Positions 13,453-24,923 of a stretch of DNA of 64,000 bases are shown one piece after another. The stretch covers positions 52,266,001 to 52,330,000 of the forward strand of contig NC_043007.1 in the NCBI RefSeq assembly GCF_006345805.1, written 5' to 3'. The notes beneath the pieces are model-generated. The model saw nothing but the letters and a program-made list of their open reading frames with translations. It had not been told where the DNA came from and did not search any database. Origin of the DNA: Octopus sinensis. Taxonomy: Eukaryota. Position 1 is the stretch's first letter, and every line of letters starts with the position of its first letter. The position numbers were made by a program, and so were the translations under genes.

Positions 13453-13735
13453 ATTATATATATATACATATATATATATACATATATATATATAAACCAT
13501 TATATTATATATAATATATATATATATCCATATATATATATATAAACATATATATATTATATATATTATATATAAACATTATATATACATATATATATTA
13601 TATATATATATATAAACATTATATATACAATATTATATATATATATATATTATATATATAAACATTATATACTATATATATATATACATATATAGATATA
13701 TATATATATATTATATATATATAACATTAATATTA
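12950..13735. repeat. (TA)n-rich microsatellite with an embedded inverted LINE 3' tail (13250-13313)
   Basis: Direct inspection; TGATTGATT...GAGCTGTGGCCATGCTGGGGCACCGCC is the reverse complement of 16217-16288. Confidence 0.85.
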
Positions 13736-13736
13736 C

Positions 13737-16258
13737 AGGAATGACAAGATGTGAACGAGGACAGGCGAGGTCCCTCCTGAACCTCATCAACACCCTGTAC
13801 ATGGAGCAGGTAATACTCCAACCAACCAGGGCAGGTAACACACACTGGATCTCTGCTTCACAATGACATGGATCTCATCCATAATGTGAAAGTGACACCG
13901 ACACTACTCTCGGATCACCAACATGATAGAGCTGACCATGTACGGGCCAAAAGAGAGCACAGACATGCAGCCTACAAGAAACCCCCAGATCTTTCCAGCT
14001 TGAACTACCATAAGGCAACTGAAACAAATTGAGAAAGAGATCCTCAAACAAAACTGGCCTAAATGTCTCTCCTCGCCAGACATCGACGTGAAACTTCAAC
14101 AATTCATGTCTGTAATGCAAGCCATATGCTACAAATATGTCCAGAGAGAAAGGCCACTGTACACAAGAACAAAATCCCCAGAGAGAGGAAAATTCTAATG
14201 AGACGGCGTACAAAATTTTCAAATCGCCTAAACAAACAGATTGAAAGCAGTGAAAAGTCCTGCCTAAAAATAAAACTGTTGGAAATCGAAAAATGTCTGA
14301 AACTCTCCCATGAAAAGGAAAGAGCAGACAAAGAAGCCTGGGCTATAGACAACATAAAATCTAACCCCAGAGCTTTCTACAGGTATGCCAAAGAAACAGC
14401 TACAGTGCACTGTAGAATAGGGCCACTCCTCGAAAAGGATGGCACACTTACAGGAAAACCAATGAGGGTAAGTGAAATACTGAATGAGCAATTCAAGAGT
14501 GTTTTCACTCCACCCCTTGGGCATCTCCAAATCACCAATCCAACTGACTTTTACCACTGCAGATATAAAATCAGAGCGGCGACGATAGATTACATCGATA
14601 TAAAGGAAGACGATGTAATCAGGCTATAGATGAAATGAAAACAGACTCAGCTACTGGCCCCGATGGATCCCGGCAATCCTCCTAAAAGCATGTAAGAGAG
14701 TCCTAGCAAGACCACTGCAGTTCCTCTTTCAGAGCTTCCTTGCAGCTGGCAAACTTCCAAGAAACTGAAGGAAGGTAAAATATGCCCCATTCATAAAGGA
14801 GGTAGCAGAGCGGAAGCCAAGAACTATAGACCTATCTCTCTGACCTCACACATCAGCAAGGTCATGGAACGAATAGTCAGAAGAAGCTGATCACCTTCCT
14901 TGAAGAAAATGACTTGCTGCCCGACACCCAACATGGTTTCCGACCAGGGAGAAGCTGTTTAACTCAGCTCCTACAACACTATGACTGGGTGCTGAAACGG
15001 CTGCTCAACCCTCAAATGTGAAGTGATATATCTCGACATTGCAAAGGCCTTTGATAAAGTCGATCATGGAATGATATGTCACAAACTGCGTGATCTCAAC
15101 ATAGTTGGAAAACTAGGAGAATGGCTTCATGACTTCTGAAAGATAGAAGTCAGGTGGTAGTGGCCAATGGGGCCACTTCCATTAACACGCAAATAGTGAG
15201 CGGTGTTCCGCAGGGCACTGTTCTGGACCACTACTGTTCATAATGGCCCTCTCAGACATGCCCTCAGCCACGCAGAGAGCCACGATCACAAGTTATGCAG
15301 ATGATACAAAAGTTTCACAGGCAATACAGAACCCTGAGGACACAAAACACCTGCAAGTGAGCTAGACAAAATATACACAGTGGGCCGAAAAGAATAGCAT
15401 GCAGTTCAATGCTGAAAAGTTTCAAGCTCTATACTATCAGCATGCAAAACTGAATGCAATACCCAATGAATACACTGGACCCGAGGAATAGCAATCCCAA
15501 GCACAATCAGTGCGTGACCTAGGTATTTACATGAGTGATGACGCGACCTTTCGTGTACATGTTGCTAAATTGGCAATGAAATGTAGATGACTGGCCGGAT
15601 GGATCCTCAGAACCTTTAGAACAAGAGAACAAGAAACCATGATGGCCTCTGGAGGACCCTGTCCTAAGCCACTTTGACTACTGCTCTCAGTTATGGTCAC
15701 CATCCAGTGTCAAGTTGATCACAGAGCTCGAGGCGATCCAACGTAGCTACACGAAGAAGATAGCCTCTATGCAGAATGTAGCTACTGGGAAAGACTCAAG
15801 AAATTAAAATTATATTCCCTGAGCGTAGGCGGGAAAGATATGCCATAAATACATCTGGGAAGATCCTGGAGGGAAGTGTCCTGAACTTTGGCATCGAGAG
15901 TTACGCAAATGCTAGAACTGGGCGCCACTGTGTGGTGCCTAGGACTCCAAACTTGCCATCAAGATGTAGGACAAATTCTGTGATAGCCTGGGCTTCCGAG
16001 GCCCACAGCTCTTCAATATCCTCCCGAAGAACCTGAGAGACCTGCATGGGTGGATACAGATGTCTTTAAAATGAAGCTGGATCTCTTCCTGTCAGGTGTC
16101 CCAGATGACCAACTTCACGGCAGAGGGGCAGACGAGGGAAGCTGCATCGAACTCTCTCATGCACCAAATAGCAGTTGCTAGAAAGCCTTCATGAAGTGAA
16201 ACCGTAAGCAACACCAATTGCGGTGCCCCAGCATGACCACAGCTCATACCTGAACTAG

Positions 16259-16288
<30 letters not shown>
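13737..16288 (+). mobile_element. 5'-truncated CR1/L2-group LINE (APE C-terminus + RT), heavily frameshifted
   Basis: Motifs across frames: QPTRAGN/TLDLCFT..SDH (APE), IKSNPRAFYRYAK, NYRPISLTSHISKVMER, QHGFRPGRSCLTQL, AKAFDKVDH, GVPQGTVL, YADDTK, DYCSQLWSP; 3' (TCAA)n tail. Confidence 0.9.
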
Positions 16289-16290
<2 letters not shown>

Positions 16291-16344
16291 ACATTATATA
16301 TAATATATATATAAATTATATATACATATATATATATATATATA

Positions 16345-17503
16345 TCTCTTATTATAAAAGGCAGATTTTATCTGCCTCCCTTTGGGAGTTATACAAATCT
16401 ACAATATAGGATTTCTTCAATTACAATTTACCTAGCAGTTTTAAGAGTACAATGCATCACGTCATGCCAGGTCCAGTTTTTAAAATTTAAACTCCAATTA
16501 AGCAAAATTTACAGAAAACTCACATTCTGGTGTGTGTGTCAAATGCTTTTCTTAGTCTGGTTTACACCACACGCAAACGCACACACACAGTGGGCAACGA
16601 ATAAAATGAAAGTAAATGTAATATTTGTTTCTCTCTATCACGCTGATAGATACATGAGTAAAATGTATGGGAAGCTAACAAATAACAGTGAGTGAAAATG
16701 TTCTTGGAAGAGAGTAAATTACGACAGTGATTTGAGGAAGACTAAACTGAAACTATGAAACAGTGTTTATGTATAAACAGACGACACTTATATAACCCTT
16801 TGTTACCAAACCGCCCGAATTTACCTATTCATATTTAAATGAGAATATCAGAGTAAATCTCTTTAGTACATTCGTGAAAACCGTTTATACTTCGTAAACA
16901 CTTCAAATACAGTTTTGTACAAAAATCGAAGTGTAATTTTAATTCCGTGAATCATGGGAGATTTTTTCCGAATTTGTTCCTATTGTGTTTAAAAATTTGT
17001 AATTCTGACAAAAAATGGATACAAATTTCATTATATCAAGCAGCGAGTCAGAATTCGAAGGATTTTTCTACTGAAGACCTGATAAATCTAACTCTATGAC
17101 TGAAAAAAAAAGCATCTTTATATAAGAGTGAAGTTGTGTGTCTGTCCCCTTCGATTTACATTCGTATTACTCCCCCATTTTGCGGTGCAGTTTAACCAAA
17201 AGCGGGTATCTTATAGTCGTGATTCATATCGAGCCCTTCTGGGTATTAGCGCGCGTCTACGATGAGTCTACGATTTAAAAAAAATTTACCATCATATTTT
17301 TCCATTTTAATGCATTTTTTCGCTTTTTATAAGGGAGTAACCCTCTAAAAATATCTACGATGTGTCAACGATTTAAAAAATGTACCTTAATTTTTTTTTC
17401 AATTTTAATATGCATTTTTTTTGCTATTTTTGGCTATAACTCTCTAAAAATGCTTATATAGTTATTTCCCTTACAACCCGAGCAACGCCGGCGATACTGC
17501 TAG
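16345..17503 (+). mobile_element. Non-autonomous Helitron
   Basis: Starts with TC, ends CTAG preceded by a short GC-rich hairpin-like CCCGAGCAACGCCGG; inserted between A (16344) and T (17504) with no TSD; no ORF. Confidence 0.7.
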
Positions 17504-18065
17504 TATATATAAAAAACATTATATATGTATAGATATATATATAAACATTATATATGTATATATATAGATATAAACATTATATATATATAATATATAATAA
17601 TATAATATAATAATATATTATATATATATATTATTATATATAGATATATATAATATATATATATTATACATATCTATAATATATATATTATATATATAAT
17701 ATATATTATATATTATAGATCTATATTATATTATATATATAGATAATAGTATATATTATATATATATAATATATATTATCTATATATATAATATATATAT
17801 TATACATATATATAATATATTATTATATATATATATATATTATATATTATTATATATTATATATATATACTATATATATAATACATATATTATATATATA
17901 TATATATATATATACATAATAATACATATTATACTATAATATATATATATTATATATATAATATATTAGAGATATATATCTTATATAATATATATATATA
18001 TATATTATTATACATATATATTAATATATTCTATATATATATAATATATCTCTTATTATATAATA

Positions 18066-18105
<40 letters not shown>

Positions 18106-18155
18106 ATCTATATATATATATATATAATATATATATATATAATACATATATATAT
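17504..18155. repeat. Degenerate (TA)n microsatellite
   Basis: Direct inspection. Confidence 0.95.
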
Positions 18156-19392
18156 ACTGTTTATATGTTTGTACTGTCGTTACGTCTTCCTTTTTTTTAC
18201 CCCTCTGCGAAAAGATCTCAGAATTTTAATTGATTTGCTTTTCGCGGGAAGGAATTTTTCTTCGAAGTATACGTCTCGCTTTTCCTTCGAAACGTTTAGT
18301 AGATGAAATCTTAGCGACTGAAGAAGGGGATTTTTCGTTGTGCTTATTGTCCTGTATCTCTCGCTTTTTTGCTCGTCTTGTTCCTTGTTTTGTGTCTATG
18401 TGTTTCGTCTCTCTATGTGTTCGACGTCTTTTTGGTGTCCTGTACACATATGCGTGTATATGTACATTTAGATGTAGGTACGTACATATATGTTTATATA
18501 TATGCATATATTCTATTTTATTACATATTATACGATTAAACGCACGCACCCTACTAAGTAAGATTGTTCTGTTTATCAAGTTAGCCTTGATATTAACTCT
18601 CACGCGACTCTGCATCTTTCTTTCTTTCTCTCCCATTCCCTTTTTCGTCTTTTTTTTTTTCCCTCACTTAACTTGTCTCTTCCTCTCTCTCTCATTCTTC
18701 ATTCTCTCTCTCCCTTTCACCATTCTTCATGGTCTCCTCGCACCATTCCCCTTCTTCTCTCTCTTCCTCTTGCTCCTCCTCCCCCATTCCCGTCATCCAT
18801 CTGCGACGATCTTCCGTCCGTAACTGCTCCTGTCCTTTCTCGCCCGCCTTGCAAGGCTTCTGGTTGACAAATTTTCCCTCTCTGTCTTCACGATAATCCA
18901 GCGTTACAATACTTTTTTCGTCTGGCGTTAACAGCCCTTCTTATCTTGTTTCTCCTTGTCTTGTCTCTCACTGTTATATATTTATTTTTCCACTGTTTAA
19001 TATATATATCTTTTTACTGTTTATATGTTTGTACTGTCGTTACCGTCCTTCTTTTTTTACCCCTCTGCGAAAAGATCTCAGAATTTTAATTGATTTGCTT
19101 TTCGCGGGAAGGATTTTTCTTCGAAGTATACGTCTCGCTTTTATCCTTCGAAACGTTAGTAGATGAAATCTTAGCGACTGAAGAAGGGTTATTTTTCGTG
19201 TGCTTATGTCCTGTATCTCTCCTCTTTTTGCTCGTCTTTTTCTTGGGTTGTGTCTATGTGTTTCGTCTCTCTATGTGTTCGACGTCTTTTTGGTGTCCTG
19301 TACACATATATGCGTGTATATGTACATGTAGAGGTAGGTACGTACATATATGTTTATATATATGCATATATTCTATTTTATTAACATATATT
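18156..19392 (+). repeat. Second locus of the ~863-bp unit (~1.4 copies)
   Basis: Same sequence as 7604-9779 with more indels; ends at the same TTATTAACATAT|(TA)n junction. Confidence 0.95.
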
Positions 19393-19402
19393 ATATATAT
19401 AT

Positions 19403-19437
<35 letters not shown>

Positions 19438-19444
19438 TATAGGA

Positions 19445-19775
19445 GGAGAGGAAACCCCCTTCGGTCATGAATGACCATGGAATTGCACCTAGAAAGTTAC
19501 CCTCCAAGGCACAAGTTTGGGCAAGGTTATTTATGGAAGGCTACCAGTCACCCATGCATACTAGCCTTTCCTCTCCCCACCACTGATGTTATCCAAGGAA
19601 AAGGCCGATACAGCTTGGCACCAGTGATGTCGCAACTCATTCCTACAGCTGAGTTAACTGGAGCAACGTGATATAAAATATCTTGCTAAAGAACACAACA
19701 CTCAACCCGGCTCAGAATTCGAGCTCACAACTTCACGTTCGTAAGCTCGATGCTCTAATCACTGAGCATGCGCCT
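19445..19775 (-). mobile_element. tRNA-derived CORE-like SINE
   Basis: ATCTTGCTAAAGAACACAAC (CORE-like) followed by a reversed tRNA-like head (TCGAGCTCACAAC...CTCTAATCACTGAGC). Confidence 0.55.
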
Positions 19776-19794
19776 ACATATTTACGACGAGCTT

Positions 19795-19950
19795 CTTTCA
19801 GTTTCCGTCTACCAAATCCACTCACAAGGTTTCGGTCGGCCCGAGGCTATAGTAGAAGACACTTGCCCAAGGTGCCAGGCAGCGGGACTGAAACCCAGAT
19901 CCACGTGGTTGGTAAGCAATGTACTTACCACACAACCACTCCTCTGCCTG
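19795..19950 (-). mobile_element. tRNA-derived CORE-type SINE
   Basis: GACACTTGCCCAAGGTGCCA CORE-like motif plus reversed tRNA head ending TACTTACCACACAACCAC. Confidence 0.65.
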
Positions 19951-20369
19951 TTAATTTATAAATGCAATTATGTAGATTCTCGCTGTAGCCTTTGCGTTGA
20001 TGAAATCTTTGTAAAAAAAAAAATTCTGCCATTCCATATTTGCTACTGACTGATCTTTCATCGAATTGCAGATGTATAGTCACGCAACAATGCTGAGCAG
20101 GCAGAGGGTATGTGGTTTATTACCTAATTAAATAAATGTTTTATTGTTGCGTTTTTAGTTAAAATAATAATTTTTTCTCTCACAAATATTTCAATGATTT
20201 TTATTCGTTTTCAACTGAATGTTTGCATAAATAAAATGAATAAATAGAATGAGCAAAGAAATGAATATAAATATAAAGAAATAAATTTTGCACTCTATGA
20301 ATGATACTTATGTAGACACTCTCCCTTCAACAGTGCGCAAACACTCAAATTCAAATGTAAGTGTATACA

Positions 20370-20459
20370 CTTACATGCTACATATTATATATATATTATA
20401 TATATATATATATAATATATATGTCTGTTGTGGTTATATATATATTACACACCTATATG

Positions 20460-20504
<45 letters not shown>

Positions 20505-20644
20505 TATAAATATGTATATATATGTCTGTTTGTGTATACATAAATATATTACACTATATATGTACATATATACATATATAAATTTGTATATATATATATG
20601 TGTATATCTGTGTGCACATATACGTATCTACCTATCTATATATA

Positions 20645-20691
<47 letters not shown>

Positions 20692-20880
20692 GTATATATA
20701 TGCATATATACATACCTTTATATATGTACACACACACATATATATATATACTTACATACACATAACTATATATATATATATATATATATTCACACAGGCA
20801 TACAGACATATGTCTGTGTGTATATATGTGCGTGTGTGTATATATATATATATATATAAATGTCTATGTATATGAAAGTA
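20370..20880. repeat. (TA)n/(TG)n/(CA)n microsatellite
   Basis: Direct inspection. Confidence 0.9.
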
Positions 20881-21359
20881 TATGTATTTGTCCTTGATAT
20901 ATACATCCTTTATATTTATTAATTTTATTATTAAAATCTATCATTGAATTGATTAAATATCTATTTCCTGTATGCTATTACACATATTTTGAAATCTTTA
21001 TTTTTCTTGTGACTGTGTTTGTCTATTTAAATATTGGCATATGATGACGAAGCCAACTCATATATGCGTGTTTTCGCCTAATAAGTAACGATGTTTAGCT
21101 GATTCCTTTTTAATCTCTAATTCTTGACATCATATCTCGTAGAGAAACCATTTTAACAGCTTACAAATGAACTTTCTAACGTTCTCGACAGCGTGTGTAT
21201 CTCGGGGATGAAGGAGTTTCACCAGCTGGAGTCGCTTCTTGTCCGCAGTAAGATGCCACAACTACGTTACTACGGGCTTGTGTAGTGGTTCCCAACCTTC
21301 TCACTACCAATGATCCCTTTTATTTGAATGAGCTTTCCCACGGTCGTCTTTTAATGTTT

Positions 21360-21565
21360 TCTACTCTAGGCTCAAGGCCCGAAATTTTGGGAGAGGGGAC
21401 CAGTCGATTACATTGACCCCAGAACGCAACTGGTACTTAATTTATCGATCCAGAAAGGATGAAAAGTTAACTTCGGCGGAATTTGAACTCAGAACATAAA
21501 GACAGATGAAATACCGCTAAGCATTTCGCCCGACGTGCTAACGTTTCTGCCAGCTTGCCGCCTTT
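21360..21565 (-). mobile_element. Meta-domain SINE, well preserved
   Basis: Reverse of GGCGGCAAGCTGGCAGAAACGTTAGCACGTCGGGCGAAATGCTTAGCGG...GGGCCTTGAGCCTAGAGTAG. Confidence 0.85.
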
Positions 21566-21632
21566 TAATAGACGGACCCCTTTTAATATGCCTATCCTTA
21601 TTTATGTATGTATGTATGTATGTATGTATGTA

Positions 21633-21671
<39 letters not shown>

Positions 21672-22504
21672 ATATATATATATATATATATAAACAGAAT
21701 GAGATAAAAATCCAAGGCTATAAATATTTCAGAACATTTATAAATAGAAGGTCTTACAGCTGTTTTCGGGATATTTTATATACCTCTTCATTGGAGACGG
21801 TGCGAGAAAATGGTTAAGCAATAGTTATTATTGAGAAGATATGAAATAGAAAGTGAAGTGGAGAAATGAAAACAGACGTAAGATATGCAGGGATATTGTA
21901 TCTTCAGTTTCCTTATTTAGGCAGAATGGTATACATATAAGTTTCCTGTACCTTGAGATTAAGTTCCAATAGTATTTAAAATTGGTCATTCCGATCCAAG
22001 CATAGAGTTTGCAAACGGCGTTATTGAATCCAGTGTTCTTTTTGTGACTTAAAAGTTGGGAAAGTGTTTGTAAGGTCACATCAAAAACAGGAAGAGGGGA
22101 AAAAGAAAGGAAAACAAAAGAAAGGAAAAAAGAAAGAAAGGCGGGGAGAGAGATAATAGAGAAAGGAAGAGAGGGAAAGAGTACTGGTGAGTGGTCAGTC
22201 AGGATAAATTGATAGAAGGAACGGTGAGGTGAGGGTGATAGAGAGAGAAAGATATGAGAGTGTAAAAAGACGAGAGGGTAAATAGTAAATGAGTGTCAAG
22301 TATGTAATGATAGAGCCTAAGTGAGGGGCAGAGAGAGGGGCGTATGGGGTCGTAAAATGGTGGAATGAAGAATTTGGGACTATAGGTTAGGTTACTTAGA
22401 GAGCAGGTCAGTGCTTAGTAGTAGAGAATATATATATTGAAGATATAATTATGCATATATTAAACATGTATAATATATATATACTTTATATATATATATT
22501 TAAT

Positions 22505-22574
<70 letters not shown>

Positions 22575-22581
22575 TATATAG

Positions 22582-23785
22582 ATAACGGGAAGCTTTATGA
22601 AAATAGACAAAAGACGACGGCAGGTGGGAAACAAACAAACAATTGCTTAGTATGGCGCTCAGGAAATATAAATAAACAAGTCTTTAACGTTTCGAGCCTA
22701 CGCTCAACAGAAGATACACAGAGAGAAAAAAACACACAAAGAAGGAGAAAAAAATGCGTGCAGTAACTAACGAATCAACATGGCGATCTGATTTCGGCCA
22801 GAGGTCAAAGATCAACATGAGACGCGAGAGCGAAATAAGGGGAGATAATAGGGTTGATAATAGGGTTGAATGACCAGCTATTAGTGCGTATGAGAGGTCT
22901 GGACGTGTGTATGTATAGGGTTGGTGTTGTATTAGTATGTATTAGTATGTATAAGGGTGTGTGTGTGTGTGTGTGTGTGTATGAGAGAGTATAGTGCGTA
23001 TGATAGGTCTGGACTGCGTATGTATGGGGTTGGTGTAATGTATTAGTATGTATTAGTATGTATTAGTACGTATTAGTATGTATAATGTGTGGTGTGTGTG
23101 TATGAGAGAGTATAAGTGCGTATGAGAGGTCTGGACGTGTGTATGTATAGGTGGTGTATGTATTAGTATGGCACATCATATATGTGATGTGTTAAGTCGT
23201 GTGGTGTAGTGTGGAGAGAGGAGAAGAGGGAGGGGGAGGAGATGGGGAGGAGAGGGGGAAGAGGAGAGGAGGGGGTGGGGAGCGGGAGGAGAGGAGGGGA
23301 GGGGGAAGGGGGAGAGAGGAGGGAGGAGGAGGGAGAGGAAGGGGAGGAGGAGGGGAGGAAGGAGGAAAGAGGGAGAGAGAAGGGGAGTGAGGGAGCAGAG
23401 GGAAGGGGAAGAGGGAAGGAGGGAGGGAGAAAGAGGGAAGAAGGGATGGGAGTAGGGGTGAAAGGATGGAGGACTGAAGAAGTAGGGGTCGGGGGGAAGG
23501 ATAGGTGAGGAGGGGGGAGAGGGGGTTAGATGAGGAGGGGGAGAGTTGAGACCAATGGCGTATAAGAGCGAAGAAAGAAGATTAATTCCTGTTCACGGCG
23601 CAAACGGAATCCGGATGGCCTCTGTGTAGGACAAACCGAACACAGATAGGTGTTGCAAGGAGTGACGGTGGAGCGGAAATGGCGTGAGACCGGTGTGTCG
23701 TTCGCAAGGTGGATGTCACGAAGGTGTTCCGGCGAACCGGTCAGCCAAGCGGCGTCCTGTTTGTCCGATGTACAAGGAATGGCAT
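22582..23785 (-). mobile_element. 5'-truncated Penelope-like element: GIY-YIG endonuclease C-terminal part + 3' region
   Basis: Minus strand 23778-23545 translates (with frameshifts) to SLYIGQTGRRLADRFA/EHLRDIHLANDTPVSRHFRST/GHSLQHLSVFGL../RLRREQELIFFLRSY../GLNSP; both ends abut (TA)n. Confidence 0.85.
22681..22714 (-). ncRNA. Degenerate minimal hammerhead-like motif at PLE 3' end
   Basis: Minus strand UCUU-CUGUUGA-GCGUAGGCUC-GAAACGUU-AAAGA: variant core (A6>U), palindromic ACGU stem III, imperfect stems I and II. Confidence 0.5.
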
Positions 23786-23991
23786 ATATATATGAAATTT
23801 TGAATTTAGTTCATGGATCCCTTGTATTACGTTTGCAAACCACCAGGGGTCCGTGGACCACTGGCCCGGTGATTAAAATGTTGTAGGAAAATAATCGCAA
23901 GACAGATTCTTTTTCCAGCTGATCCAACCGGCAGGAGACCTAGTGGTAGACTAAGAGCGAGCTGATTGGATAACATCCATCGTCTCAAGAC

Positions 23992-24572
23992 GGTGAGCTG
24001 GCAGAAACGTTAGCACGCCGGATGAAATGCTTAGCGGTGTTTCGTCTGTCGTTACGTTGTGAGTTCAAATTCCGCCGAGGTTGACTTTGCCTTTCATCCT
24101 TTCGGGGTCGATAAATTAAGTACCAGTTCCGCACTGGGGTCGATGTAATCGACTTAATACCTATGTCTGTCCTTGTTTGTCCCCTCTATGTTTAGCCCCT
24201 TGTGAGTAATAAAGAAATAGGTATTCGTCCGTCTTTACGTTCTGAGTTCAAATTCCGCAAAGGTCGACCTTGCATTTCATCCTTTCGGGGGTCGATAAAT
24301 TAAGTGCCAGTTACGCACTGGGGTCGTTGTAATCGACTCAATCCTTTTGTCTGTCCTTGTTTGTCCTCCCTGTGTTTAGCACCTTGTGGGTAGTAAAGAA
24401 ATAGGTATTTCGTCTGCCGTTACGTTCTAAGTTCAAATTCCGCCGAGGTCGACTTTGCCTTTCTTCCTTTCGAGGTCGATTAAATATGTACCAGTTGTGT
24501 ACTGGAGTCGATATAATCCACTGCACCTTCCCCCAAAATTTCGGGCCTTGTGCCTAGAGTAGAAAAGGATAA
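23992..24572 (+). mobile_element. Tandem trimer of the Meta-domain SINE
   Basis: One head followed by three body units (starts near 24050, 24235, 24420); the first two end in the GTCC(C/T)C..AAAGAAATAGG tail, the third in the GGGCCTTGTGCCTAGAGTAG tail. Confidence 0.85.
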
Positions 24573-24775
24573 ATGAACAGCAAAATCGGATTCAGCGTGG
24601 AAAATTACATCTATATGTAATAATAAATTCGAAAATTTTCACTTAAATTTAAAATTTCAAAATCTGTGACACCAACAGAAAAGATCTCTCTCTCTCTGCT
24701 GACCTATTTGGTTTTGTGCTTTTCTCATTGTAACTTCCCCCTCGCTATATATATTTACCACACACACACAACACA

Positions 24776-24821
<46 letters not shown>

Positions 24822-24823
24822 AC

Positions 24824-24923
24824 NNNNNNNNNNNNNNNNNNNNNNNNNNNNNNNNNNNNNNNNNNNNNNNNNNNNNNNNNNNNNNNNNNNNNNNNNNNNN
24901 NNNNNNNNNNNNNNNNNNNNNNN
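24824..24923. other. Assembly gap (100 N)
   Basis: Run of N. Confidence 1.

Noticed and set aside
21165-21261. Possible minus-strand exon LWHLTADKKRLQLVKLLHPRDTHAVENVRKFI with a GTAAG donor
   Set aside because: Weak acceptor, no recognisable homology and no linked exons.
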